DNA of 54,333 nucleotides, filler included, from Jimgerdemannia flammicorona (Eukaryota), in assembly GCA_003990765.1 (NCBI GenBank). It is 2 parts of 2 records of this genome, joined end to end, with 100 filler letters (N's around TTAATTAATTAA, not from the genome) between each part and the next. Parts side by side here need not be neighbours in the genome. Positions count along the whole stretch, not along the records: positions 27,233 to 54,333 come from RBNJ01000661.1; 1 more part is not named here. One strand, given 5' to 3'. The stretch's first letter is position 1, and every line of letters begins with the position of its first letter. The notes beneath the pieces were generated by a model that saw only the letters and a list, made by a program, of their open reading frames with translations, was not told the DNA's origin and did not search any database. Shown here in pieces: positions 36,251-50,070 of the stretch. Made by a program: the position numbers and the translations under genes.

Positions 36251-37933
36251 GTTGGGGTCTGGTCAGCATCAGGGGCGAGGGAGTAAAACTGCAGGAGGTC
36301 GAGACGAGACAATGCGTCAGCAATGGCATTAAGACAGGAGGGGATAAATGATGCTCGTAATTGGAAAGAGTATGAGGCCCCCAGAAAGAGAAGTTGGTAA
36401 AGGAGTTCAAGGAGTTTCGGGTTGCAAGAGGTGCCGAAATTGATGCAGGACATCGCGGCCTGATTGTCAATATGGACGTGGATGCGGTGAAACTACCAAC
36501 GGGAGCCCCACGTAGCCGCAGCGATGACAACGGTATATAATTCCTTAAATTGGATATCTTTGGGAAGAAGATCTGCGGGCCAGGGGATAGAGAACCATGC
36601 TCCATCGAAAAATGCTGCAAAGCCATGGGTGCTACTGGCATCAGTCCAGAATCGATCATCAGTGACCTCTTCCTATGGAGCGATAATCGTGCTCCATTCC
36701 ACAGTGTGAGGAATTGTAACCACCAACGTAAGTTAGCAAAAAAATCGGCAGTCAAGTTGATATGGTGATCGGGGTGGGAAACGGAGGTCGAAATATTGAT
36801 AAAACAGTGAAGGAAGGGTCAGCCCTGTGGAATGACCCGACAAGCGAAGGAAAGGGACCCAATGAGTGAAAGGATATCCCATTTGGTGGCGGTTGCCCGA
36901 ATAGAGGTTGACTGGGTGATGAGGTTGGTTATTGTTGTGAGAATAGATTGGATCTTGCCCTCAGGAAGACATGCCTCCATGGTAGTTGTGTCGATCTCGA
37001 TGCCCAGAAATGGAAGACAGGTAGAGGGGCCATCCACCTTTTCGTCCCGCATGGAAAATCCGATAGCATGGCAGATGGAAAGGAGAAGATGGAGTGGTAT
37101 TGCAGCTTGAGATGGGTGGCAGGCCCCGAAAGTATCATCGACATACCGAATGATATCATTCAGACCATGGTGTTTGAAAAGCCATTCGAGCATTTTACCA
37201 AAGACATTGAAGAGGAATGGAGATGAATGTAGTCTGAAGGGAAGGAATCAGTCAAAATAAAAAAGACCCTGCCAGTGGAAGCCTAGCAGTTCCCAATCCT
37301 CCGGATGTACCAGAATATGTCGGAAGGCATTCGCCAAGTCGACTTTGAACAGTAGATACCTCTGCTGAGATGTCGTACAATATCCAATGCTTGATCAAAG
37401 GCAGCATACTTGAGAGTAAAATCATTGGGTGATATACCATCATTTACTGATGTACCATGAGGCCAAGAGAGATGATGAATGCAGCGCCGATTGGTGGATC
37501 CTTTCTTTGCCACTGTACCCAGCGGAGACGCCCAGAAATTCAGGAATGGAGGGTGGGAGAAGGGGCCCGCAATGCGGCCGGCTGCAACTTCTGTTGTAAT
37601 GTCATCGGAGATCGCTTGAGGAAAGGCATGGGCCAAAGGTAGATTACGGCATGACTGAGGGTGGCGTGGGCCTGCAAAGCCTATGCAGACACCACGGTAT
37701 AGAGCAAGTAAGATAGTGGATAAGAGATAGTGGTTGGGGAAGTCTCGAAATGCAACTGCCCAAATATCGGCTCGCAAGGGAACCGTAGGGAGAGGGAAAA
37801 TGTCTAAAATATGTTTGGCAGAGGTCAGGGAAGTAGAGAGAGGAAAGGTGAAGGTGGTGTTTGGAGGTCGAGGGGGTGTCATTGTAGAAGGGGCGGAAGG
37901 GAGGACCGTTATCAGGGCTTCCGATACGCCCAT
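36240..37933 (-). pseudogene. Reverse transcriptase / RNase H of the Ngaro element
   Basis: SPLGTVAKK, HHLSWPHGTSVNDGI, KVDLANAFRHI, RYVDDTF, FLGIEIDT and NAIADALSR. Frameshift near 37365 and internal stops. Confidence 0.92.
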
Positions 37934-37954
37934 AGAATCCTATAATGTACATTG

Positions 37955-39626
37955 GAATACAGCATGTGCCTTTCCACAACGAGAACACTGATGTTTGTAG
38001 GGACAACCCATATGAGTGCAGCCTTGAATAAGGGGGTCGATGGCACCAGCTCGGTTAATGTGGTTGTAGGTGCGGCACACACCGGAAGGAGGATATGGTT
38101 GTGAAGTCGAAGCCTAGTTGCGCCATGCAGGTTTTCTCGCAGAATGAGAAGTCAACGGGGTGGACCCAGGGGTTTGGCGGTGGAAGTGTGGGCGTGGTAG
38201 TAGATATAAAGACATTAGTTCACCATCCCGAGTAGCCCAGGCCATACATGATGTGTGAGAGAGAGGGGTGGCAATTCGTCGAGCATGGAATTTGATGTGG
38301 TAGTCAAAAAGCGCCTCCCATTGGTAATCAGTGTTCAAATGGATGAGATCGGTAATATAGCGGAAGAATGCAGTGGGATCCGTGAGGCCAGGGAATGCAT
38401 CATAGAGAATGCTGAAATATAGTAGTAAAGGACCAAGTAGGGAAAGGAGATTGGGAAAGTCGTGGACTATGGCAACCTCCCATGGGCGTAAGATGTGGGA
38501 GAGTATAGAAGGATCGATCTCCTCGATAAAGTGGGGTCGTTTGGTGTGAGCGCCGATGGGGCCCGGATAACGAGTTTTCCGAGATCATGTGGATGGAAGG
38601 TATTGTGGATGATAGCAGAGACCATTGTAGGATTCGCGTTGGAGTATTTGGCAAGGTTGGGACTATCATAGACAGATGGAAAAAAGCACGCACCTGCAGG
38701 CATCGCACCGGGAGGCAGCACACCTGGAGGCATCGCCCCTAGAGGCATCGCACCTGGAGGCATCGCACCTGGAGGCATTGCCCCTGGGAGCATTACCCCT
38801 GGAGGCATTACCCCTGGGGGCATTACCCCTGGAGGCATCGCCCCTGAAGGCACCACACCTGACTGCATTGAGGTGGGCATCGGAAATGACCAGTTAGAGC
38901 CTGCTGTATAAGGAAAATAACCCGATGCCGAAAATGGAGGTGGTATGTGGGAATAGCCCATAAAAGGGGTATCGATAAGTGAGGGTCAGATGTCGGAAAG
39001 GCCCGGAGAAGCTGCTGAAAGTGGGAAGGCGGCTGGTGGTAGCGAAGGCCAAAAATGGCTGTTGTAGGTAAAGAGTGCTGGGGCGTAACTCCGGTGTATG
39101 AGGTACGAAAATATCTGAGACGGGGATGCCTGAAACTAGAACTGGCATTGTAAGGGTGCCGAGAACAGAAACCGGCGCAGAATGGAAAATTGGCGCTGAG
39201 GCAGCTGATGCGGTGCTGGGGGGTGTGGGGTCAGTGAGAAAATCCGGGTCAGAGGCTGGGTCAAGGGGGTAATCCAAGATAGATGGGGCCCGGGCTTTTT
39301 CGAGACGGTGGCGCAAGGAGGCGATTATCTGGTCTTGCTTGGTCTCGATCGAATGTGGTGAATGGAGGTGTGGAATCTGTGTGGGAAGGGCCAGTAGTGG
39401 CCAAAATGCCTGCGACAGGTTCAGGCATGGGGCAGCGGTCGTGAAGTTGGTGAAGCATCAGCAGAGCAGCGTTATCGCCAGTGGTTGAGGTGTAGGAAGC
39501 GATAGCTGCCAGTATAGCATTGGCGTCTTGGGAAAGGGGATATGTATGGGAGCCGGTAGTGTGGTGTCCAGGGAATTGGTCCCCCACAGAACGGCAGACC
39601 AGACAGGAGTTACAAGGGAAAGTCAT
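37955..39626 (-). pseudogene. ORF1 (gag-like) of the Ngaro element
   Basis: Broken frame with N-terminal CxxCxxC, YQWEALFDYHIKFH and C-terminal CRTYN...C...CPYKHQCSRCGKAH. Contains 11 pentapeptide repeats at 38695-38859. Confidence 0.8.
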
Positions 39627-40399
39627 TGGATTGTGTATGTATGTATGAAGGTGAAGTTCGTATTGTTGTTGGTTTTATTTTTGCTATGATGATGTAAATA
39701 TATACGATACAGTGAAAACCATATGGTAGCAATTAAGCGGGATGGGAAGTGGTCAGGATGTTGGCGAACAATAATTGCATAATTGCTAATTATAAATGTA
39801 TATTGCCTAATCGAGTAATACATGTCTTTAATGTGCTATCCCTTCGGGATCCCTTCATATATAAATTCCAAATACGAAGATGGTCACTCAGACATCATCG
39901 TTGATTCAGGCATTAGCGCCATTTCGGAGGCAACGATAAATAAGGAACGTAAACGCAGGGAAAAACTGTTCTCTCAAGAACTCATCGATATTGTCAAAAA
40001 GGAGAAATATGTTGATATCGAAATGGTGTGGAAAAACTGACCAAGTCCCCGAAATTTATTTGATGGCCAGCCGTCAGACACATACTGGTTGGGAGCCATC
40101 AGATCCTTGCGATAGTTGCAAGTACACATATCGACAGATTTGGATCATGCCTGGAAGGCTAGCAGAATCCCAAAATTCCCTTCACTGCGCGGAGCATTCT
40201 GCTATGAATCTCATGTTTTTATCATGGGCCAACAGAGCGAATTGGTAACACGTGCCATTAATCGCAATCATTGAAGTGGGATAACCGAAGGTCGGAGCAA
40301 GGTGATTTGGCGGGAGTCTCGTAGCTTTGCGTATATGTCAGAAGTAGAACATAGTTCAAACTTCGGCAAAATGGCCGGAGCTGAATGGTTAATGTGAAC

Positions 40400-43300
40400 A
40401 CCTCAGAGGGGTTGTGTGCTGAAACACAGCTAACTGATTGCTGCTTAAGGCTGGTGTAATGTCTGAGTTGAAGCTAAGCTTCAACTCTCATGTCCCTCAC
40501 AACTACATTGTATACATGTTTTGATTTATTTTGGGGAATATCATAGCAAGTCAGAATATCGACATTGCGTGGTGAATGGTCAGTTCAGCATAAGTGAACC
40601 TGGCCCAAGAAATAAAGTGTAGATAGTAGTAAATGCTTACTTCATGGTCAATGGAGGTCCTACACAGATAGCCATGATCAATGGAGCATCCTACATGTAG
40701 GCTGCTTTGCTCAGGGATCTGTATGGTGGTATGGTATGACATGCTGTAGTTGAAGGAGGTTATAAACTGTTCCCTGGCTGCAGTCTTGTGGTTGAGGGAG
40801 GTCTGCATAGATGGACAATAAATGACCTGTATGATGGATTCTACATGAAACCTTGTGGTCGAGGGAGGTTTAGACTGAATAGCCATGGTCATTGGATAAG
40901 TCCTGTATGTGTAAGCTGTCTCACTCAGGGACCTGCAAGATTGACTATAATCTGTGGTCAATGGAGGTTTATAACCATTTCCTGGATGCAAAGAATGCCA
41001 TAAGCAAGGTGATGTGTGAGATTAGCAAGTGGATATAAGTTTGATAAGTATTGCTATACTATTGCTCAAGAACCTGGATCTCATAATCAGTAAAGCCGGC
41101 AATGACAGCATCAGTAGCTGTACCAATGCAAAAGCTGTGACCAGTGTAGAGTATCAGGTTGATGCCATTGGCAATGAGGCAGGCATGAAGCCTGGCAACA
41201 AGGTGGGCATAGAAGAATGCAGCACCACCAGGGCATATAAAAAGTAGTGAGGTGGGAGCTATGGAGTGCTGGAGGAAGAGCATCCAGAGTAGAAGAACAG
41301 TATAGAGCACATCCAAGAGGGCATGGGCCATATAGATTATCATACTCTGACAGAATAGGTCAGTCTTAGATACTGGCAGGGTTAGAGAGATGTATGCTGG
41401 ATTATCGAGAGATGGGAAGAAGGAGACAGAAGCCTAAGAGGAGTATATAGTGAGGTCAAACAGAGACCATATAAATTCCCCAGACCAAAGGAAGCCATAA
41501 TATGTAAGAGTAATAGCAATAGCAAAGTCAATGTCAGCCATAAGGTCAAGGAGTAATAATACTGAACACAGTAATCAAAAGGTGAATGAGAGGTGGGGGC
41601 ATAAAGCAGGATTGCCTAACCAATACTTTATACTACAAAGAACCCATGGTAACATTAGTAATCCATGAAAGGATCCAGGAGTCTCATATCAATGTGAAGA
41701 GAGTAGATGACTAATAGGTACACTTTGATGATAGAGTACCAAAGATGTTGAAGAGTGAGAGAAGATATTCATGACATTAAGGACATTTTTAAGGCTGGTA
41801 AGATATTACTGAAATTCAGAATATTGTACAAGATGCAATAGTTGAGGAATCTCTGCTGTCTCACTGAGTATGTACATCTCATAGAAGTTGTCAAATCATG
41901 CCAGAGAAAGAAAGCCACAATGGATGAAAGGCTGGCATTTATGTCATATCACCAATGGGGGTCAGATTCTGGTTGATATTAGGGGTAAGAGAGCAGAAGT
42001 GGGAAAGGTCCAAGCAGGATAAAGAGTCAGCAATGGAATTATCCTTTGAATGAATATAAATGGCATGAATTTGGAAGGAATATAAAGTGGCAAAGTAGAG
42101 AAGATGTCAAAGAAGTTCCAGGAGTTTGGAATTGCAGGACATCTTAGAGTTAATATAGTACATAACTGCCTGGTTATCAATGTGAAGACAGATGTGGCAG
42201 AACCTCCAGTATTCACCCCACATTACTGCTGCTGCCACAATTGCATACAACTCCTTGAACTGAATATCTTTATCAGTAAGATTGGTAGACCAGGGGACTG
42301 AAAACCAAGCACCTTCAAAATATACTGCAAAGCCTAGTGAACTACTGGCATCTGTTCAGAACTGTGCATCAGAGTTAGTTGTCCAGTCATCTGATGGAAT
42401 GACTGTAATGCTGTTCCAGTGAGAGAGAAATGTTTGCCACTAGGTAATATTAGCATGGAAATCAGTAGTGAGATTGATGTAGACTAGTAACAGTAGAAGC
42501 CAGGTTGATAAACTGATGAAGAAAGAGTCACCTAGCAGGTAAAACCCAGTATGCAAAAGAGAGTGAGCCAATCAGAGAAAGAAAATCTTATTTGGTATAG
42601 ATGTGCCAAGTACTCTAGTGGCATAGGTCAGTCAAGAGTATAGAGAGCTTCTCTGCTAGCAAGCAGGCTTCTATGGCAATGGTGTCAATGATAATATCCA
42701 AAAACATAATAGAAGTAGATGGCTCTGCAACCTTCTCATCCCCAATATGGAAGCCAAGAGAGCAACAGATAGTCAGTAGGAGATGAAGCCAATCAGTTAC
42801 AATGGGGCCTGGTAGGGATCCGAGGAGAATATTATCAATATATTGTATCAGGTCAAGTAGGCTGTACTGGTGTAATAGTCACTGAAGTATTTCAGCAAAG
42901 ATATTGAATAAAAACAGTGATAAATGAAGCCCAAAAGACAGAAATCAGTCAAAAAAATATTCTTGTCACCAGTGAAAGCTGAGCAATTCCCAGTTGGTGG
43001 GATGAACCAGGATATGCTGGAATATATCTGCAATATCAATCTTGACAAGAAGTATACTATAGCCCAAATGTTGAATGATGTCCAGTGCTTGATCAAACTT
43101 AGAATACGCTATTGTAAAATCCTCAGGAGCAATTCTGTTATTGACCAAGAGATTATGGGCCAGGAGAGGTGATGGATCCATCACTATTTAGAGGAACCCT
43201 TCTTTGCAATAGAGCCAAGAGGTGATGCTTGAAAATTGACAAATAGTGGGGTACCAAAAGGCCCAGCAACTCATCCTATAGTGACTTCTATAGTAATATC

Positions 43301-43983
43301 CATATCAATCATAGTAAGAAACTCTCAAGCAGATAGAAGATTGCAGCAGGTTTGAGGATAATGAGTGCTATAGTAGTCAATATAAATATTGTGATCAAGA
43401 GCATCAAGAATCATGCTTAAGAGAGAGTAGTTGGGGAAATCTCAGAAAGCCAACTTCCATACCAAGGCCTGAAGGGGCAGAGCTAAAAGAGGAAATTGAA
43501 GAAGGATATGATGAACAGACAGGAAAGAGTCAGTCAGTAGAAATGACAACTGAGTGTTAGGAGGAGTTGGTGGCAGACAGATGGCTGGTAGAAGATTGGT
43601 TGTTGTGGACAAGAAAGAAGAAAAGCTCAGCAATGAAAGGAGTAGACTAAAGTACACCCTAACTGGATTCTAGCTTATACAAGAGAATATACCATGGCCA
43701 GTGAAATTGCACTGTATACATCTATGATCGAATAGGCAGTCTTTCTGTGAGCAGCTATGAGAAGACAAGTCAGAAGCTCCTGACCAGATAATATAATTGA
43801 AAGCTCAGTACACTTCAGTAGAAGGAGTGCTATATGAAGTACTGGATGAACTGGCACAGATCTGAGGAGTCTTTGAGGTAGAGCCAATGATGGAACCCAG
43901 GGGCCAGGAGGTAAGTTGGTGGTGGCCTAAGAGATATAGTGACATTTTGCCATCATGTACAGCCCATGTAGTGCAGCCCTCAC
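40400..43983 (-). mobile_element. Second, diverged and decayed tyrosine-recombinase retroelement (5'-truncated)
   Basis: YTGHSFCIGTATDAVIAGFTDYEIQVL (YR); VKIDIADIFQHILVHPTNWELLSFHW (RT); RNase H relic. The left boundary is approximate. Confidence 0.85.
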
Positions 43984-44369
43984 CAGTACTCAGGTTGAGG
44001 CTAGGGGTCCTTCTTGTACAGGTCCTCATGACTCTTCTGATGTCTTGGAACATCCTTTCCTAGATTGAAGGGCCTTGATAGTTCCTGGACCTTGAGGTTT
44101 GGCAAGTGGCAGGCATTTTGTTTATAGTAAATCTTTGGAACTATTTCTGTGAGTCTTATTTGAGTTGCTGCTACTACAGTTTCTTGATTCTTCTTTTATA
44201 TTCCTTATGATGTCTATCTTGTAGTCATAATGACTCACAGTTGGTCATCATTGCTCATCTTGTAGCCTGGATGAGTCATGCCATATGATCTTCTTGTACT
44301 CTGATCTGGTGGCTTGTAAGGAAAGACTGTCTCCTGTACTGATGTCATCATTCTGAGGTCACTGTTACA
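43984..44369 (-). repeat. Truncated family A-like LTR (U3 end)
   Basis: Aligns to about 12040-12416, ends gtcactgttaca and is followed by ATAT. Encodes MFQDIRRVMRTCTRRTPSLNL. Confidence 0.88.
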
Positions 44370-44520
44370 ATATTTAGAATTCTATCAAATCAGTCTCACA
44401 GAAGTAATAAGTGAGAAGTCAGCCTTTATCACCTCAAACAGAACCTATATCTACCTATGAATACTATTTGGAATATACAATGTACTAGTAAGCTTCTAGT
44501 GAATAATAAATAAAATCTTC
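44370..44520 (+). pseudogene. Gypsy RT fragment related to family A
   Basis: FYQISLTEVISEKSAFITSNRTYIYL*ILFGIYN, compared with FHQIGLTQDASEKSAFITPDAIYIYL*MPFGIYN in element A. Confidence 0.75.
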
Positions 44521-47284
44521 TACTATAAGTGGGCTCAGTTGAGACCACAGATCAATAATTGCAGAAATATCTTTGGTATTGATGTCTTTGGTATATACAC
44601 CTTGTCTCTGTTTCTGTTTTGGGGCAGTAGCAGGATAATGTAATGTTTTAATATGCATTGTAGGTATATATTTCCTATTTGGGTAATCTATAGCATTAGG
44701 TTCTTTACACTTATTCTATTTATCTATCTAACTATACTCTTATAAACTCCTCATAGTTCTCACTATCAACTCTTGTCCCCTTTGTCAGCATGATTATTCA
44801 AATATGTCAAAAGAGCAATATAAACTAGGGTCAGTGGCCTGTCTACTCTACCATAATGTTCTATTTATTGAATATATTCTCTGCTTCCTTCAAGATGACT
44901 CCAATAAGGATAATCTTGATATCAGCTCACTGATTATATATCTCAAAGACCTCTCTAACAATATTTCATCTACTTCTCAACAACAATCAACCTGGCTCTC
45001 TGCTTGTATATTATCTAAAGTCTCTGTATACACTATCATCCTCCCACCATTACAGTCATGTCTGCTAGCATACCATTCTCCACTGACCTCTCTGTCAAGG
45101 CTAGTGTAACTCATTTTCAAGAATGAACCAATACTCAGAACTACCATTTTGATGAACAGATATATGATAGTACTCAATGGAACAAGATTTTGTAGTAGTG
45201 AGGAATTCCTCATCACTACTATTGGTATCACCATGGAGGTCCATACTATCAAAATGGTTATCAGTTCCAATTTCTGTATAGTTGGAATTATAAGACCTCC
45301 AGAGGAAGAGGGTATTAATGAGATACTGTCATTCATAGCAGTCTGCAATCACTGGATCCAGCAGAGGAGGACAGAGGCTAACTGTGACAGCCTCAGTGAC
45401 TTGTCAAAGAAACTTAGCATATTCAGCCTAGGTGGCCTGTTGTTGTTGTTGAAGTTATTTATTACTCATAGTAATGTGGTAGAGGGGTTTTTTGCAGTCA
45501 CAAGAAGAGATAAACTACCAAGCTTTCAAAATGGCTAAGGAACTCCATAGGAGTCAAGATACTTTTATTATAATGTTTTATATGAAATATCTCATATATA
45601 TATCTTAGACAGATGAAATTTCAAATGTAAGATCTTGTTTAAGATAAAATAAAGTATACCAATACTTTCAGAATAGCAGAAACTAACTCTGAAATGGTCC
45701 AGACCAAAGCAAAGCTTAGTCCAGAATGTTTAACAAATGAAGTAGTATATAGTCATACTCACAATAGTATTTAAATCTAGACTATAATATATCTATCTTT
45801 AAATCAATATAAATTCTTCCTTATCTTCTCTCTCTGCTATACTACAAATATCATGAAATAGTAAAGATGAAAATGTTACAGCCACAACCCCAATACCTTT
45901 ACATATTGATCTAATGATACTATCCTATACTATATCTATATATATATATTCTCAAATATCCTTATAAGTGGCAATGATCAAAGATACTATATTTTAGATT
46001 ATTTAAGTATCTGCAATCAAGATCTCTATGTCCTGGGTTATCCAATCAGAATAATTCTGAAGAAGAGTTTCTGGAGTGTCTAAGGTAACCCACAACTCTA
46101 TCTGACAAAGTTCATACTACTGTACTAAAAATATTTTATAATAGATTTCACAAATTATATATAGAGCTGATACTCTTCTACCTAATCCAATAGACCTCTG
46201 TTTTTCTTAATTTCTTTATTGAGATGTATCAGTCAAAAACACAGTTAGTATTGATAGAATGTAAAATATCTATTGATAATACTGCTGGTAGTCCTGGGGG
46301 TTTTTTTGGATACCTATGCATCCTTAAATATAAAGATAGCTGATTATTTTGAAAGCTATATCAGTAAATAGCAGAAGTTATTTGTATTTTTCTCTGCACT
46401 CTAATTAAAATATGATAGCAACTCTATATAATAGTATATCTAAATTGGTATATAGTGATCACAGATGACCAAAGAGCCATATTAAGAAGAAATCTCTAGT
46501 TCTGACTACTTCTGAGATAGCTCCATACTCTGGCAATATTACTTTGTTCAAATATAATACTGAACATATAGAGTTACAAGCTAAGTCAGTATACTAATAA
46601 TGATAGCACTAGTATATACTACTTATTATCATTATGATGGCAATTCTCATTCTGATATATTATGATCTAGACTATATCATACAGACTATATTAGATATAT
46701 TAGATACTCCAGACTATAGAGAACAGATATATATAATATATAGAAACTATATATCTAATATCACAATATTGTTAGATATAGTACTTGATACCAGTATTAT
46801 ATATAAATCTACCTTACCAATATACTATAACATAGTGGACATGTAACTGTGTAAGTATATCAGATTTCTGTATCTTGAAAACTTAATCTTTTTTAACTCT
46901 ACAGAGTTCTCAGAATGTAGGAGTGGGTGAGTTCAAAGTATATCTGCCCACAGACTTACTAGTTCTCTTACTTTCTCTTTGCTTTGAACTATTTTGATCT
47001 GAGGTTTTATTCACTCTAGATACTGGAGATATTTATACAAATTTGCTAGCTATAAGGTGGCTAAGTTATAACTATGTTTTCTATGAGTCACTTTTCACAA
47101 GTATTAATTCTTAACATCTGTGAAATCTCAACATTTGTGAAAACTTTAACATTCATTAAAACTTTAACATTTGTAAAATGACTGCTATTTGTAAGGCTAT
47201 ACTATATTTGGGAATCAGATTCAAGTATAAAGAGATTCCAATGGGATAGTGCATTAAAGATATATATTACTTGATCAGGCAATA

Positions 47285-50070
47285 TGAAGGGATCCTGTAG
47301 GGATAGCACATTAAAGATATATATTACTCAATTAAGCAATATGCATTTATAATTAGTAATTATACAATCATTGTTTACCAACATCCTGATATCTTTCCAT
47401 CCTACTCAATCACTACTATATGGTTTTCACTCTATACATTTCACTCACACATTTATTATCTTACTTCAAATAATATTAATATATTATAAAACTAATATAC
47501 ACAAATAACATAACAAATACACATAACCCAACCTACACCAATCTATGCAAGACCATATATATAGTATGTTTGCACTATACTTGCTAAGTCTGCCACATTG
47601 CTGATGATGACTTTCCAGGATACCACACTACCAGCTCTATTATATGCCCCTTATCTCATGATCTTGAGACCATAATGGCTGCTATTGCTGTATGCACCAA
47701 CAATGATAATGCTGTCAATTTACTGACCCTCTACCAACTTTCCCCTGACCTCACTGACTCATCTTCCACATTACAGCCTACTCTGACTGAGATGCCCATA
47801 TTACCAAGCAAGACCAGATTATCGCTGCCTTATATTGCTGCCTTGGAAAAACCCAAGCCACACTAGTGATATCTATTTCTTATTCTGCACTAATTTCAGT
47901 TTTAGGCACTCCTTCAGTCTCCAGTCAGGTCTCAGGCATTTATTCAGTCTCAGTCAGGTTTTAGGTATTACTATCTTGGATTATTTCATAACAGTTCCAT
48001 CTGTTTTCTGGCCATCCCATCTGCCTATAGCTGTTTTACTCCTGGTATCACTCAGAGCTCCACTCTATCACAGCATCCCATCTCCATTTCCAGCACCCAC
48101 CCATTTTCTATATATGGCAAGCTCTACAAGGCCATTCACAACTACAATGGCAGTATCTATCCCAATGGCTGCCTTGATGTCAGGTGTAATGCCCTTAGGT
48201 ATGTCCTCTTTTTTTCTTCTGTATATGATATCTCTATCCTCATCAAGTTCTAACATAAACCTTACCACAGTTTCCACCATCATCTACAATACATTTTGCC
48301 CACACAATCTGGGAAAGCTTGTCATCTACTCTCCTTCTGCCATTATACCTCACAACTCTCATTTCATTGAGGAAATCGATCCTGTCATTCTTTCTTGCAT
48401 TCTATGCCCATGGGAGGTCATGATCATTAAGGATTTTCCAAACCTCCTCACATTATGTGGCCTGCTGTACCTGTCTTTCTGCATTCTTTACAACACTTTT
48501 CCAGGCCTCACTGACCCCACCACATTCTTTTGTTACATCACTAACCTTATTCAATTGAATGTTAATTATCAATAAGAGGCACTCCTCAATAATCATCTTG
48601 AATTTTATGCTCAACAGATCATGTCTCTCCTCTCCTATACTGCTTATATGGCTTGGGCTTCACAGGATGGTGAGCTCATATCTCTATACCTTCTCTCTCA
48701 TCCTCTCTATCCACTGTCTCAAGTACCTCCTATTCCTCCAGACCTCCTCAATACAATTAATCATATTCACTACCAAATGTGTACTAGGCCTTCAACTACA
48801 TTGATCATACCAGTGCCATCAACTTCTCTATTATTGGCTGCACCTGCCAGTAATGTCCTTATCAATACCAATGCTCCTGCTGTGACAAATGTCATAATAT
48901 ATTTGAATGCACTTTATAGGATCTTATGAGTAGATCAGCAGACCTTGTTATGCTCTCCATTTTATCCCAGTATACCCTCCCTCATCATCTTTACCATTTC
49001 CTCCATGACTCCCTCAGCACATACTGGTCATATCACAGGCCCCTTCTCCTATCCCCCATTTTAAAATTTTTGGGCATCACTGCTGGGCACTATTGCAAAG
49101 AAGGGACCCACAATGCAGTACTGCATCTACTATTTATCTTGGCCCCTAGGATGTCTGTCAATGACAGGATTGATTTTGCTATAATATATACAGTCTTTGA
49201 TCAGATACTTGACATAGTATGGTATCACCTTCTTATTTAAGATTGATCTAGCAAATACCTTCTAATACATCATGATTTATCCAGAACACTGGGAATGGTG
49301 TCCAGGCTACTCATCCCCACCTTCCTTGATATATTCTTGTATCTACCAATAGTTCTCACATCTCTGACTACTGGACCCCAGATATTACATTTGCTATAGC
49401 CATCATACTTGTATACTTCAGTTTCCTCTGGCCTGGTGAAATTATGTGGGATCACTCCTTCAAACAACCCCTCATACATATCTCTTGGGGCTGCATTAGT
49501 TTCCATCCATCTGTCTTTGTTCCCACTTACATCATTCTGACACTCCCCTCCTTCAAGTCAGACTCATTTTGATATCTACTATATGTCATTTCTCTTCTTT
49601 AGTGCCTTTTTCTCTCCTTGACTACAGGTTAATACACTTTGTTTCTCTGCCCAGTTAGTAAGCAATTTTGCAATGATAGTTGGTCAGCCTTGGTCCTCTG
49701 GTTATAGCTTCGGATTGGCACTGCCTTGGATGCTATGGCTGCTGAACTAGGTTGACCACTTGTCACCCCTCTCTACCTATACTGCTCATGCACCCATCTA
49801 CTGTGACTACATATCACCCCCTCTGCCTATACTGCTTGTACACTCATTTACTGTAACTGCTTGATGCCCCACTTCTTCACCATCTTGCCTGGTATATATT
49901 CTCATCCACTCTACACTGGCTCACAACTGTTCATCACCCAACTTCTATGCCACCTAACATCCCTGCACTAGCACAATATTTACATCTGTTCTACATTGGC
50001 TGACAACTACTTGTCACTCCACTTTTCCAACATTTCTGTACTGGTACATATTCACATCTGTTCCAACTCT
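47285..50070 (+). mobile_element. Third Ngaro-type element, internally deleted and decayed
   Basis: Starts with the A repeat (tgaagggatcctgtagggatagcac). ORF1 relic KDFPNLLTL...LTDPTTFFCYITNLIQLN, plus short RT and YR fragments. The right end is approximate. Confidence 0.82.

Larger units (their letters stand above)
34286..39857 (-). mobile_element. Ngaro-type tyrosine-recombinase retrotransposon, structurally complete but mutated
   Basis: Split direct repeats A1 (39712-39857) - ORFs - B1 (34616-34764) - A2 (34469-34615) - B2 (34286-34434). Gag-like, RT/RNase H and YR frames. No target duplication. Confidence 0.95.
33744..40040 (+). pseudogene. Three-exon hypothetical gene (~195 aa) interrupted by a tyrosine-recombinase retroelement
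   Basis: ATG 33744; phase-0 introns gtaagt..tacag and gtatgt..ccag. Exon 3 reads ...GLLPLRS at 34285 and resumes in frame as YINSKYEDGH...VWKN-stop at 39858-40040. Confidence 0.75.

Noticed and set aside
35820..36755. 311-aa ORF as an extra Ngaro gene
   Set aside because: It begins with RT/RNase H residues and then goes out of frame; it is a frameshift product overlapping RNase H and YR.
44520..47200. Specific transposon identity for this AT-rich stretch (also 22940-24019 and 31097-31990)
   Set aside because: Too decayed for me to read diagnostic motifs; needs a profile search on C>T-corrected translations.
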